A DNA stretch of 64,000 nt from Dudresnaya verticillata (taxonomy: Eukaryota), in NCBI GenBank assembly GCA_977862235.1, contig OZ374560.1:2418001-2482000 (forward strand), in the 5' to 3' direction. The notes under the pieces are model-generated. The model saw only the letters and a program-made list of their open reading frames with translations. It searched no databases and was not told the origin of the DNA. The position numbers were made by a program, and so were the translations under genes. This document shows, one piece after another, positions 61,803 through 64,000 of the stretch; the stretch's first letter is position 1; the number at the start of each line of letters is the position of its first letter.

Positions 61803-62792
61803 GCAAGGCCATTCGACGCCTGTAGCGCCCGTTTACGCCACAAGCTAAGTCCGAACTGCGGGTGCGCAAGCGGCTGAGCTACCTGGTAGAGTACCAGGTC
61901 GGGCGGGTAGTGAGCACAGTTGTGAGGACGGGTCAGAAAGCGGGTGGCCGTGCCGCACGGGAGCGGGGTAGGGGTGAGGGAGGCGTGTCGGGGGACTGCT
62001 GGGCGGGGCTGACCATGCGCCTGAATGCGGCAACTTGATGTGAACGTGTCAGAACGCGGCCGGGCGCGGTGCGCAGGAGCGCGGGGAAGGGTGAGGAGGC
62101 GTGTCGGGGGACTGCTGGGAGGGGCTGACCGTGCGCCCGAATGCGGCAACTTGATGTGGACGTGTCAGAATGCGGCCGGGCGCGGTGAGCGGGGAAGGGT
62201 GACGGCGAGGTGTGGGTGAACGGCAGGGAGCGTGAGACAGAGTGCGGTCACAGTCCGGACTGGGGCGGGGAGCGGCACTACGGGTCTGGGAGGGGGTGGG
62301 GAAGCGCGGCTCATTACGCGCAAGGCAGAAGCAGAGCGCGTGCGCACGCGCCGGAATGCGGAATGTGTGGGCCAGTAGCAGCACCAGGAAGGGTGATGGT
62401 GGTAGTGGCTGTCGGACGTGAGGAGGTGGCCGAGCGCGCGTCGGAATGCGGTGGGAAGCCAAGTCCGAGCGCGTCGGAATGCGGCGGGAAGTCGCCAGAA
62501 TGCGGTGTGCGGTCGGGGGGCGCGGGCGGCGGGACGGGGCAGAATCAATTTCTGGAGAATTTTTAATTGGAACTTTTCGGAAAAATCACACCTTTCGGGA
62601 ACTTTCGACCCCGGGGGGCCCATATGCCGGAGTGCATAACTCCGAAACTATTTGCGTTTGCTCCGATCTGTTTGCACCACCATTCTCAGGGTAGCGCCCC
62701 CTTTTCCAACGCGCTATCGAACGCCGGGATTCAAGGACCCTCAAAAAATTCTGTTCTGTTTTGGAAATTCTGTAGCCGGCGAAATTAGTGTT
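61803..62792 (-). repeat. Right TIR
   Basis: Inverted copy of 48105-49277 with fewer tandem units. Confidence 0.92.
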
Positions 62793-62796
62793 CAAG

Positions 62797-63800
62797 GTCT
62801 GCCGGTCGCCTTCAGTCAAGCGTACCTCGCATTCTGAGCAAGAAAATATTTCACTGGTGAACTCATCATCATCTAAATCAAGTGTTTTCAGAAACAATCT
62901 AAATGCTTCATTGACGCGTTCTCTCGCTGCTGAAGCCTCTTCAAACGCACACTTCAAAGGGAAGGGAGGAGCTTCGTCCAACATTCCACGATATAGAGAC
63001 TTCATAATTGAGTAGGAACCGCGCAATGCTACCCCTTGCCGAGCAGTTCCATCCACCATTGTGTAGAGAAATGATGTAGTGAATGCTGAGTCCGGTCGGA
63101 ATGGGAAGATAGCATCCCAGGCACCCGTGTAGTAGTTCCATTTCCTGCAAGCTAGCATGGGACACTTCCAATCTCCGAAGAAAACCACAACCCTTTCCCT
63201 CGCCAAAGTATGAAGGCTGACCTGTCTGTAGACAAAAAACGGATTTGTTACTGTTAGGTCGCAGTGTCTGCAAACGGTATCCTCATCACGCAAACGTATC
63301 TTTTTGGCCAGTCTTTTCGTGGCTTTCCGTTCTCCTTCACGAGGAAGAAGCGGTCGGATTGTATTAGTCCCGGCGTACTTCATGTCATCGGCATTTGTGG
63401 CAGATGGAAGACGACTAGCCGGTGTACCGGAGGTTGCCATTGTAGAAGGATTTTCAGAAACAGTTTCAGAAACACCAGCAGAAGACTTGCAAGTTCTTTC
63501 ATGGTTGCATGAAACTCTTCGCTCCGAGGAACCTCTACACATGAAACAACGGAAATCCTTTCTCCTCTCCTTCAGGATCGGAACAAACAGATGTCGTTTC
63601 GTATCATATGATATCCAGAATGCCCAAGCTAGGGCCCCAAGATTATCACTGCGGCTTCTCAACCAAGGTTGGGCCCTTATCACAAGCTCAATTAAAGGAG
63701 GGCGACCATTCTCACTCAGAACCGTTGTCTTGTACTTGCCTACCTTTTCAGGGTCCTGAAACGTACTGTGAAATATTCTATACAGACCTTCATGGCTCAT
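62797..63800 (-). pseudogene. KDZ transposase N-terminal cysteine-cluster (CxC4-like) region
   Basis: CFMC..CNHE, CRHC, CPMLAC..YTGAWDAIF and FSCSEC. Continues into 48100 across the TSD. Confidence 0.7.
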
Positions 63801-64000
63801 ACAGACTTTTCATCATCGCATTTGAATGCGATAGACGAGCGCATACCTTGAGAGACGTTGGGAACAGAATTGGCATACATAGAATCACAGGAGCACGTCA
63901 CGCTGAGAACTCCGGTCCCCTGCTTGCGAATAGTTACGCAAACAGGTCTAGGGGGCTTCTTCATGACTTGCCATAGAACTGCAATTGCGAGCTCATTAAC

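Larger units (their letters stand above)
48105..62792 (+). mobile_element. 14.7-kb TIR DNA transposon, Sola1/DUF7869-like, carrying ParB-methyltransferase cargo
   Basis: ~1-kb terminal inverted repeats and 4-bp TSD CAAG (48101-48104, 62793-62796; alternatively a 2-bp AA TSD with ends 1 bp further out). Internal transposase. Removal restores the KDZ gene. Confidence 0.9.

Overview
Eukaryotic, transposon-dense region. A red alga is likely, inferred from the intronless genes, GalEa-type Copia motifs, chromoviruses and a KDZ transposase. About 80% of the window is two nests of mobile elements whose ends are fixed by LTRs or TIRs and target-site duplications (TSDs). Nest 1 is a decayed Ty1/copia element (10083-30151, minus). 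It holds a 1.5-kb solo LTR inside its 3' LTR and a young full-length chromovirus (Gypsy-1, 16306-28312) inside gag. Nest 2 is a decayed KDZ/CxC-type transposase gene (minus, ~32965 to >63800) split by a second chromovirus (Gypsy-2, 34035-47241) and by a 14.7-kb DNA transposon (48105-62792). That transposon has ~1-kb TIRs, a Sola1/DUF7869-like transposase and a Gypsy-1-family solo LTR. Best candidate novel system: the DNA transposon carries a divergently oriented NLS-ParB-HTH-(beta-class N6A/N4C DNA methyltransferase) gene, and its C-terminal ~100-aa domain is clearly homologous to the N-terminal domain of the element's own transposase. Both chromoviruses also carry mutually homologous large antisense ORFs of unknown family, and Gypsy-2 is strongly enriched in GGCC. 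Host-like genes are few: a 450-aa membrane ORF and two small secreted proteins. All family assignments rest on motif recognition by eye; no searches were run.
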